Positions 1-10,647 of a stretch of DNA of 64,000 bases are shown piece after piece; within the stretch, counting starts at the first letter, position 1; every line of letters begins with the position of its first letter. Where the stretch lies: contig OZ246001.1 in NCBI GenBank assembly GCA_965230295.1, positions 2,432,001-2,496,000 on the forward strand, given 5' to 3'. The notes under the pieces are model-generated. The model was not told where the DNA came from, did no database searches, and saw only the letters and a program-made list of their open reading frames with translations. This DNA comes from Marinicella sp. Lineage in GTDB: Bacteria; Pseudomonadota; Gammaproteobacteria; Xanthomonadales; Marinicellaceae. Both the position numbers and the translations under genes were made by a program.

Positions 1-474
1 GCTTAAAGGGATTTCTTTCAATACCGTGCCAGCCGCCACATCGATGACCAACAATTTTTGATTTTTCTTGGTCCCTGTATGTATCAGCAAATGCTTGTGA
101 TCTTCGGTCAGGTGGTAAAATGTGTAAAACTGATTTTGGGCCACCAACCGATTGTGTATATGTGCCATTTCGATGTTTTTGATTTGACTGATATCAGTTT
201 TATCGACAATTTGTAACAGGGCTTTTTTGTTATCGATCGTTCCATATAAGATCAGGTGTTTATTGACTGGTAATTTCAGCCGTTCCATGCTGAACTTCCA
301 GGTGGGGCTCAAAGTTACCTGTTGAATGATGGCTCCATCCTCTTGTTTGAGTTCAGTCAATTGGTTGGTGTAATCTCTTCCTTTTTTTTCATATTTGAGA
401 GAGAAAAATTGAGATGCATGTGTTTGGCTACCGCAAATGAATGCCAGTAGCATGAGGCTCATTTTTAATTTCAT
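1..474 (-). CDS. Secreted hypothetical protein, possibly a beta-propeller; 3' end runs off the window
   Basis: Not in the ORF track. Open frame from ATG at 474 to the window edge (MKLKMSLMLLAFICGSQTHASQFF...LLVIDVAAGTVLKEIPL), with an AAGGA RBS upstream, a signal peptide, and a YVTN-like VID...G.V..EI motif. Confidence 0.65.
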   Translation of the reverse strand, partial: MKLKMSLMLLAFICGSQTHASQFFSLKYEKKGRDYTNQLTELKQEDGAIIQQVTLSPTWKFSMERLKLPVNKHLILYGTIDNKKALLQIVDKTDISQIKNIEMAHIHNRLVAQNQFYTFYHLTEDHKHLLIHTGTKKNQKLLVIDVAAGTVLKEIPLS

Positions 475-774
475 GAATATTTCCTTGTTAGTTAATTTAT
501 GTTCCAGTAGATGGGTTTGTTTCCATTTGAATCCGTTGAATACAACCCGGCGGCTATTGTATCAGATCGACATCTGATAATTAAGTGTGCCAATGTGAAG
601 AAATGCCGTGTGTTTAGCCACTGCAACCTTTTAATTAAGCAAGACCATAAACGGTATTTTGAAAGACTGCTTTGACAGTGTTTTGGGTGTTACATTTAGA
701 AACAATTTGTTAATTACCTTTTAACATACTCGCTGCTATGATGCTGGCACGTATAGTTTTTTAAAGGAATAAAA

Positions 775-2166
775 ATGTCTTCATCCGTTAAACTCTTAAA
801 AATTTTACTCTTGTGGGTTGTTTGTCAACCAGCTGATGCTGTGCAAATCAGTCAAGGACGTATTGGGGAAGTGCTGATCTTTCCATACTATACGGTCAAC
901 AATGGATTAAATACCCTGTACTCAGTGGTGAACACATCAGATCAGCCGATCGCAGCAAAAATTCGTTTTTTAGAAGGCCAGAACGCTGCCGATGTGCTGA
1001 CGTTCAACATCTATTTATCAGCCCATGATGTTTGGACCGGTGCATTGGTTCCAGCACAGTCAACCATAGCGGGCCACCAAGGTGAAGACAGTGTGATGCA
1101 TTTTACCAGTGACCAGTCTTGTGCCCCCTTTTTGTTGAAGAACGGGCAAGAATTTTTGCCTTTCTTGATTGATTTAGATGGCAGTAACGATGATTTGGTG
1201 CGGGCCAGAGATGGGCACTTCGAAGTGTTGGAAATGGGTGTGGTTACTGGAGAAGCGGCCAATCACGTCACTCATGACAGTGATGGCATACCACAAGCCT
1301 GTGAAATGATCTTAGCAGCCTGGGGATTGTCGGGTGAATGGTTGTTGTCAGAGTTGGGTGACCCAGTGGGCGGCTTAACTGGATCTGCATCATTGGTCAA
1401 CGTTTCCGAGGGCCTGTCTTTCTCTTATGATCCATTGGTGTTGAGTGATTTCTGGCAACAGTCAGGCATACATACTGAACCTGGTTCAGAGCTGCCCAAT
1501 TTGAGTTCGGCAGCACCAGAATCCAGGGTCTTTCTCGATGATGGCGAGTGGGCGCTTTCTCAATGGACTCATGGTTATCAAGCGGTTTCTGCGGTGATGA
1601 TGCAGCAAACCATCATCAACGAATATGCCTTGGATTCACTGGTCAATGGCAAATCGGAATGGGTGGTGACCATGCCAACCAAACACCACCACACCAATCA
1701 AGTCCCACTCAGTCAAATACCGCCTTTTACATCACCATGGACAGGTAGAGTGGCTTGTGGTGATTTCGAGATAACAACCTTTGATCGAGAAGAGCAGCTT
1801 GAAATCCTCACCGTCGGTGGCGTTACCAGACCACCGCGTCCTCCAGCACCGCAATTTTGTTTTGCCAGTAACCTATTAGAGTTCATCTTGCCGGGCAATG
1901 ACGCTTCAATTCGTTCAGGCATCCTGGGTTCTACTAACCGCGTCATAGAAAAGACCCCATCTTCAGCCACAACTGAAAACGGTTGGGCGGTTATAGCTTT
2001 CAGTGATGCCAGAAATCAATTGGAGTCACAACAAGGGCCCAGCTATAAAGGGTTGCCAGTCACTGGTTTCGCGGTACAGCAATTTACCAACGGTGGAGCC
2101 GGGCCTGGATTATTGGCCCAATATGGCAGTTTGTTTGAACACAAAGGTACGGTTAAAACTTTTTAA
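775..2166 (+). CDS. NpdA-like surface-layer / cell-surface protein, paralog 1
   Basis: Signal peptide followed by G.GEVLIFPYYTV..LNTLYSVVNT...KIRFLEG...LTFNIYLSAHDVWTG, the N-terminal signature of the Delftia/Acidovorax NpdA S-layer family (recognised from memory). C-terminal GLPV.GF..QQFTN...YG.LF.HK. Confidence 0.7.
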   Translation: MSSSVKLLKILLLWVVCQPADAVQISQGRIGEVLIFPYYTVNNGLNTLYSVVNTSDQPIAAKIRFLEGQNAADVLTFNIYLSAHDVWTGALVPAQSTIAGHQGEDSVMHFTSDQSCAPFLLKNGQEFLPFLIDLDGSNDDLVRARDGHFEVLEMGVVTGEAANHVTHDSDGIPQACEMILAAWGLSGEWLLSELGDPVGGLTGSASLVNVSEGLSFSYDPLVLSDFWQQSGIHTEPGSELPNLSSAAPESRVFLDDGEWALSQWTHGYQAVSAVMMQQTIINEYALDSLVNGKSEWVVTMPTKHHHTNQVPLSQIPPFTSPWTGRVACGDFEITTFDREEQLEILTVGGVTRPPRPPAPQFCFASNLLEFILPGNDASIRSGILGSTNRVIEKTPSSATTENGWAVIAFSDARNQLESQQGPSYKGLPVTGFAVQQFTNGGAGPGLLAQYGSLFEHKGTVKTF

Positions 2167-2168
2167 GG

Positions 2169-3590
2169 ATGAAAATGATGAACACTAAAATGATTTGTAT
2201 GATGGGCGTTTTGTTGGGTGGCTTGGTTTCACAAGTACAGGCCGTTCAAGTGAACCAGCGAGGTCATGGAGAGGTGTTGATTTACCCCTATTACACGGTG
2301 AACAATGACCTCAACACTTTGTATTCAGTGGTCAACACCACAGCAGATACCAAAGCCATCAAGGTGCGTTTTTTAGAAGGTGACATTGGTTTGGAGGTGC
2401 TGTCATTCAACGTATACTTGAGTGCTTTTGATGTCTGGACTGGTGCTCTTTTTTCGAGCACATCTACGATAGCTGATCACGCAGGTGAGGCCACTGCAGT
2501 ACATGTCAGCACAGACACATCCTGCGCGCCTTTTTTGAATAAAGGAGGTCAGGAGTTTTTGCCCTTTGCGATTGATACGGATTCAGATCATGACAATAGG
2601 GGCATGCGCCGGGCAACAGAAGGGCACCTGGAAATCATCGAGATGGGGGTGTTGACAGCTGCAGGTGTTGCCTGGGCTGATCATGGTGTATCTGGTGTAC
2701 CTGCAAATTGTGGCCGAATTCAAGATGATTGGGATGACAACGGCATGTGGAACACCAGTACACCTGATGAGCCCAGTGGCGGCTTGATGGGAGCGGCCAC
2801 ATTGGTGAATGTGGCAGAAGGCATGGCTTTTTCCTACGATGCCATCGCCTTACAAAATTTTTGGCAAGGGCCTGGCAATCACACCGAACCCGGTTCGCCA
2901 GAGCCAGACTTGAATGCAGCTTTTCCTGAATCTCGCGTGTTGTTGGATGATGGAGAAATGGTGGTGTCAGAATGGACCCATGGATTTGAGGCCGTCTCTG
3001 CGGTGTTAACTAAATCCGGCATCATCAATGAATACGCGATTGATCAAGGCGTCGGCGGTAAAACAGAATGGCTACTCAGTTACCCAACCAAAGGCTATCA
3101 CAGTGGGTCAGATGATGTTATAGCACCATTTACACAAACGTGGGATGGCGCAAACGCTTGTGAAACTTTTGCTGTTGAATTGTGGAACCGGGAAGCTTAT
3201 CTGAAGCCGCCCTTATCTTGTGGGTCTGTGACTTGCTCCCCCACTCAAATGTTGCCAAAAATGTGCAAGTCAGCCAATGTGATTTCATTCATTGCACCTG
3301 ATGGTGATGTGATGAGTGAATCAAGGATTTTGGGTTCGGACAATTTATTAACAATTTCAACCATTGATGGCAGTAACAGTGAAAATGGCTGGGCTAAACT
3401 GACATTTCCGGAATCTGCACAAACTGATCCACTTTCAGGTGAAGCTATTAAAGGCATGCCAGTGGCAGGGATTGCCGTTATGCAGTTCACCAATGCAGGC
3501 GCTGCTGAAGGCCTGTTGGCTCAGTATGGATCTTTATTTAGACATAAATTCGTGACCGAATCTATACCAGGAGAAGACAATGATATATAA
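2169..3590 (+). CDS. NpdA-like surface-layer / cell-surface protein, paralog 2
   Basis: Same motifs as 775..2166 and collinear along its length; signal peptide ending VQA-VQV. Confidence 0.7.
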   Translation: MKMMNTKMICMMGVLLGGLVSQVQAVQVNQRGHGEVLIYPYYTVNNDLNTLYSVVNTTADTKAIKVRFLEGDIGLEVLSFNVYLSAFDVWTGALFSSTSTIADHAGEATAVHVSTDTSCAPFLNKGGQEFLPFAIDTDSDHDNRGMRRATEGHLEIIEMGVLTAAGVAWADHGVSGVPANCGRIQDDWDDNGMWNTSTPDEPSGGLMGAATLVNVAEGMAFSYDAIALQNFWQGPGNHTEPGSPEPDLNAAFPESRVLLDDGEMVVSEWTHGFEAVSAVLTKSGIINEYAIDQGVGGKTEWLLSYPTKGYHSGSDDVIAPFTQTWDGANACETFAVELWNREAYLKPPLSCGSVTCSPTQMLPKMCKSANVISFIAPDGDVMSESRILGSDNLLTISTIDGSNSENGWAKLTFPESAQTDPLSGEAIKGMPVAGIAVMQFTNAGAAEGLLAQYGSLFRHKFVTESIPGEDNDI

Positions 3591-4986
3591 ACAATTGAAG
3601 TGGGTCATTTTTTTATTGGCGGTATTCCCCAATGCATGGTCAGTACAACAGAATGACAGTGGTCGGGGAGAGGTATTGATATATCCCTATTACACCACCA
3701 ACAATGGACTTAATACCTTGTATTCAGTGGTCAATACCACGCCAGATTCGAAAGCCATTAAGGTGCGATTTTTGGAAAGTGATATTGGTCTGGATGTGCT
3801 TACTTTCAATGTATATCTAAGCGGTTATGATGTATGGACAGGCGCATTGATTCCAACCACATCTACCATTGCAAATCATGCAGGTGAACCCAGTGTAGCG
3901 CATGTGTCAGCGGATACCTCATGTGCACCATTTTTAGTTAAGGCCGGTCAGGAGTTCCTCCCTTTCCTGATCGATGCGGATTTGGATTCAGATAACCGCA
4001 GTTTAAAACGAGCAACAGAGGGGCACTTGCAAATATTAGAGATGGGTGTTTTAACCGGAGAGGCCGTTGCATGGGTTGATCATGGTGGCATTGGTGTTCC
4101 TGCCAATTGTGGCGCACTTCAAGCAGAGTGGAGTGACAATAGCGAGTGGGATTTGGGTGCATTGGATGAGCCAAGTGGCGGTTTGATTGGTGCCGGTAGT
4201 ATCATCAATGTGGCAGAAGGGATTTCATTTTCGTTTGACGCCATCACCTTACAAGATTTTTGGCAAGGTTCAGGCCAACACACCCAGCCTGGTGATCTGG
4301 TTCCGGACCTGAATGCGGCTTTTCCAGAGTCTACGGTGTTATTGGATGATGGTGACTTGGTGGTTAACAGTTGGGAACATGGTTACCAAGCCGTGTCTGC
4401 CGTACTGACCCGCTCAAAGGTATTTAACGAATATGCTTTGGACCAGGTGGTTGCAGGGAAAACTGAATGGGTGGTTAATTTTCCAACCAAAATACATCAC
4501 AGTGCTGGTCCTGAAGTTGTGCCGCCATTCGTCAGTCCTTGGGACGGTAAACATGCCTGTGAAACGATCAAGTGGGAAATTTGGGACCGTGAGGCCACCT
4601 ATCAGCACCCGCCCATTTGCATCGGCAGCCCTTGTCCTCCCAGACCACTGTTGCCTAAAATGTGTCAAGCTGTGAATGTACTGGATTTTTACTTGGCATC
4701 AGGTGAGACCATGAATCCAACTGAAGTTCTGGGTTCTTACAATCAGCTATCGGTATTTATTGATGCACAGGGTTTCACAGAAAACGGTCAGATTCAGTTA
4801 GAGTTTCCTGAGACAGCTGCGACCACACCCGAAAGTGGTCAGGCTTTACTGGGCTTACCAGTCATCGGTTTTGCAGCACAGCAATTCACCAATGCCGGGG
4901 CTGCTCAAGGCTTGTTGGCGCAGTACGGTTCTTTGTTTAAGCACAAATACAAGATTGAAGTGGCGCCTGTTGATGCAACTAAATGA
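3580..4986 (+). CDS. NpdA-like surface-layer / cell-surface protein, paralog 3
   Basis: Same motifs; most similar to paralog 2. Overlaps the upstream stop, and its 3' end overlaps the convergent uvrD by 8 nt. Confidence 0.7.
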   Translation: MIYKQLKWVIFLLAVFPNAWSVQQNDSGRGEVLIYPYYTTNNGLNTLYSVVNTTPDSKAIKVRFLESDIGLDVLTFNVYLSGYDVWTGALIPTTSTIANHAGEPSVAHVSADTSCAPFLVKAGQEFLPFLIDADLDSDNRSLKRATEGHLQILEMGVLTGEAVAWVDHGGIGVPANCGALQAEWSDNSEWDLGALDEPSGGLIGAGSIINVAEGISFSFDAITLQDFWQGSGQHTQPGDLVPDLNAAFPESTVLLDDGDLVVNSWEHGYQAVSAVLTRSKVFNEYALDQVVAGKTEWVVNFPTKIHHSAGPEVVPPFVSPWDGKHACETIKWEIWDREATYQHPPICIGSPCPPRPLLPKMCQAVNVLDFYLASGETMNPTEVLGSYNQLSVFIDAQGFTENGQIQLEFPETAATTPESGQALLGLPVIGFAAQQFTNAGAAQGLLAQYGSLFKHKYKIEVAPVDATK

Positions 4987-7165
4987 TGTCTAGTTTGGCG
5001 AATTTGACGGCCAAAACTTTGGGGCCAATGTCATTGAATTGCACCAATACTTGTAGGTAGTCACCTTTGCCGCTCATGTCAGTAATCACGCCTTCGCCAA
5101 AACTCTTGTGCCGCACTGTCTGGCCAATTTGATAAGGTGAGTCTGGTGTGTTTTGTGTTTGTGACTGATACGGGGTATGGACCCCATGATTACTGGCATA
5201 GCTGGTGGGGTGGATGTTACCGCGCATTTGTTTGATCAAATCTTTGGGAATTTCACGCAAGAATTGTGAAGGCTGACAGGCGTTGATTTTGCCTCGTATG
5301 CGCCGGGAAGTGGCATAGCTTAAAAACAATTGCTTTTCTGCTCGAGTGATGCCGACATAGGCCAATCGGCGCTCTTCCTGTAATTTATTGAAATCTTCCA
5401 TTGAGTTTTGGTGTGGGAACAAACCCTGTTCCATCCCTACAATGAACACGATGGGGAACTCCAGTCCTTTGGCAGAATGTAAAGTCATCAGTTGAACATG
5501 GGGTTCATTAACCTGGGTGGTGTCACCGGCATCCAAACTGACTTGAGCCAAGAAGGCAGCCAATGGTGTTAAACCCAATGCCAGATCTTCATCACTGATC
5601 TCAAAAGTTTCCGCTGCATTGATCAACTCATCCAAGTTTTCCAGACGCGTTTGCGCTTTTTCTGGGGGCTCTTTCAGGTAGTGGTCTTTCAGTGCTGTTC
5701 GTTCAATGATGTCTGAAAACAATTGAGCCAAGCTTTGATCGGTGTTGTTGTGTTCTAAATCATCGATTAAGTTAACGAAAGCCGCCAATGAGGTGGCCGC
5801 ACGATTGCTGAGTTTGCCGTCTTTGACCAGTTTTTGGCCAGATTCCCACAGGCTGGTTTGTTCGATTTGTGCATAATTGCGGATCAAGTTAATGGTTTTT
5901 AGTCCCATACCTCGTGTTGGGGTGTTGATCACCCGTTCAAAACCAATGTCATCATGCCGGTTGTTGATCAACCGGGCATAGGCCAACACATCTTTGATTT
6001 CTAACCGTTCGAAAAAGCGCAAACCACCATAGATTTGGTAAGGGATGCTGCGTTTCAACAAGGCTTCTTCAAGCAGTCTGGATTGGGCATTGGAGCGGTA
6101 TAAAATGGCTATTTCATCTGGGCTGGTGGTTTCGGCCAATAAGCCTTCAATGGACTCTCCGACAAAGAACGCTTCATCGAACTCAGAGTGTGAGCCGTAG
6201 ACTTTGACCAATTCGCCTTTTTCTTGGGCACTCCACAGATTTTTTCCCAGTCGTTTTTTGTTGTTGGTGATCACACCATTGGCTGCATCCAGGATGTTTT
6301 GGGTGGAACGGTAATTTTGTTCCAGCTTATACATGGCTGTGTTGGCGTACAGGTTTTGGAAGTCAAGGATGTGATCCACTTTGGCTCCTCGCCAGGCATA
6401 GATTGATTGGTCGTCATCACCCACCACCAAGACTTTATTGTCTTTACCCGCCAATAATTGAATGAAAGCCGATTGGATGGCATTGGTGTCTTGAAACTCA
6501 TCAACCAAGATGTGTGAAAATCTTTGGTGGTATTTATTCAATACAGTTTCGTCATTAAGCAACAACTCATGTGCGCGCAGCAGCATCTCTGAGAAATCCA
6601 CCAAACCTGCTCGCTGACAATGGTCGTCATAATGACCAAAAACCTTGATCAGGGTCTGGTTGTTGTAATCACCAAAATCTTCCACTTCATGGGCCCTGAG
6701 GCCGTCATTTTTCTTGTCATTGATGAAGGCTTGTACTGTTCTGGGTGGCCATTGTTTTTCATCCAATTCCAAGTCACTTAAACAGCGTCTGATCAGGCGG
6801 TATTGGTCGTCTGAATCCAGGATCTGGAAGTTTTTTGGTAAGCCAGCCGCTTCGGTGTTGATCTGGAGCAATTTCAAGGCAATGCCATGAAAGGTACCGA
6901 TCCACATGTCCCTGATTTCTCGTTTAAGCATGAAGGCAATGCGGTTGCGCATTTCAGCGGCTGCTTTGTTGGTGAAGGTGACTGCCAAAATGCTGTACGG
7001 CGATACAAATTCAGCTGAAATCAGCCAGGCGATGCGATGCACCAGGACTCGGGTTTTACCACTGCCGGCGCCGGCCAAAACCAAGGCATGTTGTGCTTCT
7101 GTGGTGACTGCCTCGGCTTGGTTTTCGTTGAGGTTTTTAAGGATGTCTTCTGTATTCAGCGTCAT
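4979..7165 (-). CDS. uvrD: DNA helicase II (UvrD)
   Basis: Walker A AGAGSGKT, DEFQD, VGDDDQSIY, LEQNYRST, MTLHSAKGLEFP, EERRLAYVGITRA and a C-terminal Tudor-like domain; 728 aa. Confidence 0.95.
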   Translation of the reverse strand: MTLNTEDILKNLNENQAEAVTTEAQHALVLAGAGSGKTRVLVHRIAWLISAEFVSPYSILAVTFTNKAAAEMRNRIAFMLKREIRDMWIGTFHGIALKLLQINTEAAGLPKNFQILDSDDQYRLIRRCLSDLELDEKQWPPRTVQAFINDKKNDGLRAHEVEDFGDYNNQTLIKVFGHYDDHCQRAGLVDFSEMLLRAHELLLNDETVLNKYHQRFSHILVDEFQDTNAIQSAFIQLLAGKDNKVLVVGDDDQSIYAWRGAKVDHILDFQNLYANTAMYKLEQNYRSTQNILDAANGVITNNKKRLGKNLWSAQEKGELVKVYGSHSEFDEAFFVGESIEGLLAETTSPDEIAILYRSNAQSRLLEEALLKRSIPYQIYGGLRFFERLEIKDVLAYARLINNRHDDIGFERVINTPTRGMGLKTINLIRNYAQIEQTSLWESGQKLVKDGKLSNRAATSLAAFVNLIDDLEHNNTDQSLAQLFSDIIERTALKDHYLKEPPEKAQTRLENLDELINAAETFEISDEDLALGLTPLAAFLAQVSLDAGDTTQVNEPHVQLMTLHSAKGLEFPIVFIVGMEQGLFPHQNSMEDFNKLQEERRLAYVGITRAEKQLFLSYATSRRIRGKINACQPSQFLREIPKDLIKQMRGNIHPTSYASNHGVHTPYQSQTQNTPDSPYQIGQTVRHKSFGEGVITDMSGKGDYLQVLVQFNDIGPKVLAVKFAKLDII

Positions 7166-8310
7166 AATAACCAGTTGAGGTTGTCGGCGAATGCCTGTGT
7201 GGTTTTTGTCATGTCATCACCCATGGATTGTAGAATGTGTTCTTCAATCATGGCAACGCCTTGTGGAGTTACGGGGTAATGTATTTCAATGTTTTGATCA
7301 AACGGGTTTGGTGCACTGATGGCAACCACCCCGGCATGCTCATCTTGATGGATGACCATCATATCAGGATGATCGTCACTGTGAACAGCTGTCTCAGACC
7401 AATATGAGCTTTTAATCCTTTGCTGTTCAAATTGGCCCAGACAGACCTTGTCTTGGCTGATCGGCCATTGGCTGGCTTTGAATGCTTTGATCTCCAGGCC
7501 ATGGGCGGTGAACGCCCCCAACGACAAGCGTTGTGCCATCAGCCAGTTGATGTAATCCTGGCTGTCATTGGTTTGAAAAAACTGACTGTATTGAGACCAT
7601 GAGAAATAAGGCGTGAACAACAAATGGTCAACCAGATAAAAGTGGTTGTTGGTTGAGGTTTGTACGGCTGTTTTTGGATCCTTGCCAACCAGAGCTGTTT
7701 CAATAACTTGCCACAAATGGCTTAAACCCATCTGTTCATAATGGTTGTGCATCATGGCCACCAGATCCAAATACGTCATGTAATTGGCGTGGTTTATGGT
7801 ATTGATACCCGTTGGGTTAAGCAGTCGATTCAAGCACTCATAAGTGGGGGGTGAAACCATGCCTTTGTGCATCAATGATGATTCGAACAGTTCAGCCAAT
7901 TGATCGTCATTGGTATACAAACAAAAAGGCAGGTGTAGCAGGTTTTGTTGGCTGGCATGCGGTTCTAAACCAGCAGGCATAGAGCCATTTTTGGCGCCAA
8001 TTGACAGTACTTGACCGGCATTCATTTCACCCTGAAAAGCCGCTGAGGCGTATTGGCTTATGTGGGTTTGAATGGGAAATTTGGGTTGTAACAACTGTTC
8101 TGTCGGGAAAGCAGCGCCACAAACCACCATGGCTGCCTGATCAGTTATTTTCAATAAAGCATGTAGATCTTTCGATACCAAGGCGGTCAATTCGCTGGCT
8201 TGGTCTTTATTCAATTTAGGAAGATTCGGTGTCTGACACTCCAAAGTCAACATGCCATCACATTGGAACAGATAATTCATTGTGATGCCATCATCCTGGA
8301 TGACCTTCAT
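7162..8310 (-). CDS. Hypothetical protein
   Basis: 382-aa ORF overlapping engB and uvrD in an operon-like arrangement; no motif recognised. Confidence 0.7.
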   Translation of the reverse strand: MKVIQDDGITMNYLFQCDGMLTLECQTPNLPKLNKDQASELTALVSKDLHALLKITDQAAMVVCGAAFPTEQLLQPKFPIQTHISQYASAAFQGEMNAGQVLSIGAKNGSMPAGLEPHASQQNLLHLPFCLYTNDDQLAELFESSLMHKGMVSPPTYECLNRLLNPTGINTINHANYMTYLDLVAMMHNHYEQMGLSHLWQVIETALVGKDPKTAVQTSTNNHFYLVDHLLFTPYFSWSQYSQFFQTNDSQDYINWLMAQRLSLGAFTAHGLEIKAFKASQWPISQDKVCLGQFEQQRIKSSYWSETAVHSDDHPDMMVIHQDEHAGVVAISAPNPFDQNIEIHYPVTPQGVAMIEEHILQSMGDDMTKTTQAFADNLNWLL

Positions 8311-8899
8311 TAAACCAAGGGGTCAAAACTTGTGACAATTCGACGGTACCTCTGTGGCGTAAAGCGGAAAATACCTGACAGGTTGTCGATTGGCTGTACT
8401 GGGTAATTGCTCGCTCTACCTTCATCAAGGTTTTTTTAATTTCATTGTTATTGAGTTTGTCAGCTTTGTTCAGTAGCACATGAGAGTGCAAACCAGATTC
8501 ATGTGCCCAGGTTAACATTTGTTCATCAAATTTTTTCATGGGATGCCTGATGTCCATGATGATAACCACACCGATTAAACTTTGTCGATTCATTAAATAG
8601 GAGTCAATTTCTTTGTCCCAATGCTTTTTCATTTTCATTGGCACTTTGGCATAACCATAGCCGGGTAAATCCACCAGCCGCATATTGGGTTTGAATTCAA
8701 AGCAATTGAATAGCTGTGTACGCCCAGGCGTTTTGGATACTTTGGCCAGGCCTTTGTGGTTGGTCAAAGCGTTGATGGTGGTTGATTTACCCGCATTGGA
8801 ACGACCGGCAAATGCAATTTCCATGCCATCATCTTCAGGTAATTGGCTGGTTTTATAGGCGCTGATCAAAAATTCACAGTGACTGAACAGGTTTGACAT
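8291..8899 (-). CDS. engB: Ribosome biogenesis GTPase YihA/EngB
   Basis: G1 GRSNAGKS, SKTPGRT, DLPGYG, NKAD. Confidence 0.95.
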   Translation of the reverse strand: MSNLFSHCEFLISAYKTSQLPEDDGMEIAFAGRSNAGKSTTINALTNHKGLAKVSKTPGRTQLFNCFEFKPNMRLVDLPGYGYAKVPMKMKKHWDKEIDSYLMNRQSLIGVVIIMDIRHPMKKFDEQMLTWAHESGLHSHVLLNKADKLNNNEIKKTLMKVERAITQYSQSTTCQVFSALRHRGTVELSQVLTPWFNEGHPG

Positions 8900-9076
8900 G
8901 GGTGTTGGTTGGATACAAAAGGGCTATTTTAAATGAGATGAAGAAATTTTGATATGGTTGGAGCCTGTGAATGTACCATCGAGATGACAAAATATTTGGC
9001 AGCAGCTATGTTATGTTGTTGAGTTAATAAGCTATAATACTGCGTTTTTGAAGAAAGCAAACCATCAGGGGTTTTT

Positions 9077-9703
9077 ATGCAAAGAAACATGATTAAATTT
9101 TTCGTGCCAGTATTGTTGCTGTTATCTGTCAATTTAATGGCTGCTGATGCCGATAAAGGCAAAGCGTTGTCAGCCACTTGTGCAGCTTGTCATGGTGGTG
9201 ATGGCAACAGCATCAATCCAATCTGGCCCAGTTTAGCAGGTCAGCATGAGGGCTTCTTGGTCAGACAAATAACAATGTTCAAAAACGGCCAACGTGAAAA
9301 CGCCATGATGGCGCCCATGGTGTCTGGACTGTCTGATCAAGACATTGCTGATTTGGCTGCTTATTTTGCCAGTCAGGAAATGACTTTAAAAGCAGCCGAC
9401 CCCGGCTCGGTTGAGTTAGGTAAGAAAATTTACCAAGCTGGTGATGCCGACAGAAACATCCCTGCCTGTATGTCATGTCATGGACCAACGGGTCAAGGCA
9501 ATCCATTGTCAGGATACCCGGTATTGGCCAATCAACATGCTGCCTATACAGTGCTACAATTAAAAGCCTATAAAGCGGGTAGGAAATCGGCCGACCAAGA
9601 TGACGTGAATGGCCAAGTTATGGCCGGCGTTGCTCAATACATGACTGATGAAGAAATTGAAGCCGTTTCAAGTTACTTACAAGGTCTTAAGGCTGCGCAA
9701 TAA
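9077..9703 (+). CDS. Di-heme cytochrome c4
   Basis: Signal peptide and two CxxCH motifs (CAACH, CMSCH); typical position divergent from engB and upstream of dsbA. Confidence 0.93.
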   Translation: MQRNMIKFFVPVLLLLSVNLMAADADKGKALSATCAACHGGDGNSINPIWPSLAGQHEGFLVRQITMFKNGQRENAMMAPMVSGLSDQDIADLAAYFASQEMTLKAADPGSVELGKKIYQAGDADRNIPACMSCHGPTGQGNPLSGYPVLANQHAAYTVLQLKAYKAGRKSADQDDVNGQVMAGVAQYMTDEEIEAVSSYLQGLKAAQ

Positions 9704-9769
9704 AGCGAAAGAAACTGAAACTAATTCCAATAAATAAAGTCAAAATGCCAAATTTTACGAGGATCTAAT

Positions 9770-10519
9770 ATGAAATCATTTACCCTGTTTATTTCTGTGA
9801 TGTTGTTTTGGGGTTGTTCTCAAGCAGAAAATCAAGAAGAAGTGAAAGCCGCTGTTAAGGCAGAAGCCAAAGAAGTTGTGGCTGAACAAGTGGCAGAAAT
9901 TAAAGAAGCTGTCAGTGATAAAATCACTGAAAAAGCCACCGCCAAATACCAACCAGGCATTCACTATCAAGTGCTCAACCCAGCTTGGGACACCAAAAGT
10001 GAAGATGCTGTGATCGTTTATGAATTCTTCAGTTACATGTGTCAACACTGCGCTACATTTGAGCCTTATATGCATAAGCTGGATTCGCAATTACCCAAAA
10101 ATGCCAGAATAGTCCGTGTTCCAGTGGTTTTTTATCCTCAATGGAAACCCTACGCACAAGCCTACTACACTTTCGAAGCCATGGGTTTGGTAGGGTCGGC
10201 TCATGAGGGCATGTTCAAGGCAATCCACCAGCACAAAAAACAGTTCAGAACGATCGATGAGATTGCTGAATGGGTGGCTAAGTCTTACGGTGTAAACAAA
10301 GACGAGTTTTTATCAACAGCCAAATCATTCATGGTTGACGGGCAAATCCGCAAAGGCATGCAAATGATGCAAGCCATGGGTGTTTCATCAACCCCTACTT
10401 TGATCACCAATGGCAAATACACACCAAATACCAAGGCACTAAAAAGCAGACAAGACCTGATTGATGTGACCGACTATCTGGTTGATGTTGAGCTTGAGGG
10501 TATGGGCTTGGCTGAATAA
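9770..10519 (+). CDS. dsbA: Thiol:disulfide interchange protein DsbA (lipoprotein-like N-terminus)
   Basis: EFFSYMCQHC active site, cis-Pro loop STPT, lipobox-like FWGC. Confidence 0.88.
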   Translation: MKSFTLFISVMLFWGCSQAENQEEVKAAVKAEAKEVVAEQVAEIKEAVSDKITEKATAKYQPGIHYQVLNPAWDTKSEDAVIVYEFFSYMCQHCATFEPYMHKLDSQLPKNARIVRVPVVFYPQWKPYAQAYYTFEAMGLVGSAHEGMFKAIHQHKKQFRTIDEIAEWVAKSYGVNKDEFLSTAKSFMVDGQIRKGMQMMQAMGVSSTPTLITNGKYTPNTKALKSRQDLIDVTDYLVDVELEGMGLAE

Positions 10520-10538
10520 ACCTTTGGCCAATTGATTT

Positions 10539-10567
10539 AAAAAAACCGACTTCTGGTCGGTTTTTTT
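10539..10567 (+). terminator. Rho-independent terminator, bidirectional-looking
   Basis: AAAAAAACCGAC-TTCTG-GTCGGTTTTTTT. Confidence 0.85.
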
Positions 10568-10647
10568 GTACCTGAAGATTATTTCTATTTCGATGAAACT
10601 TTACGCATCAAAGACCGTCTATTTATTTTTTATTACCGAGAAAAATT

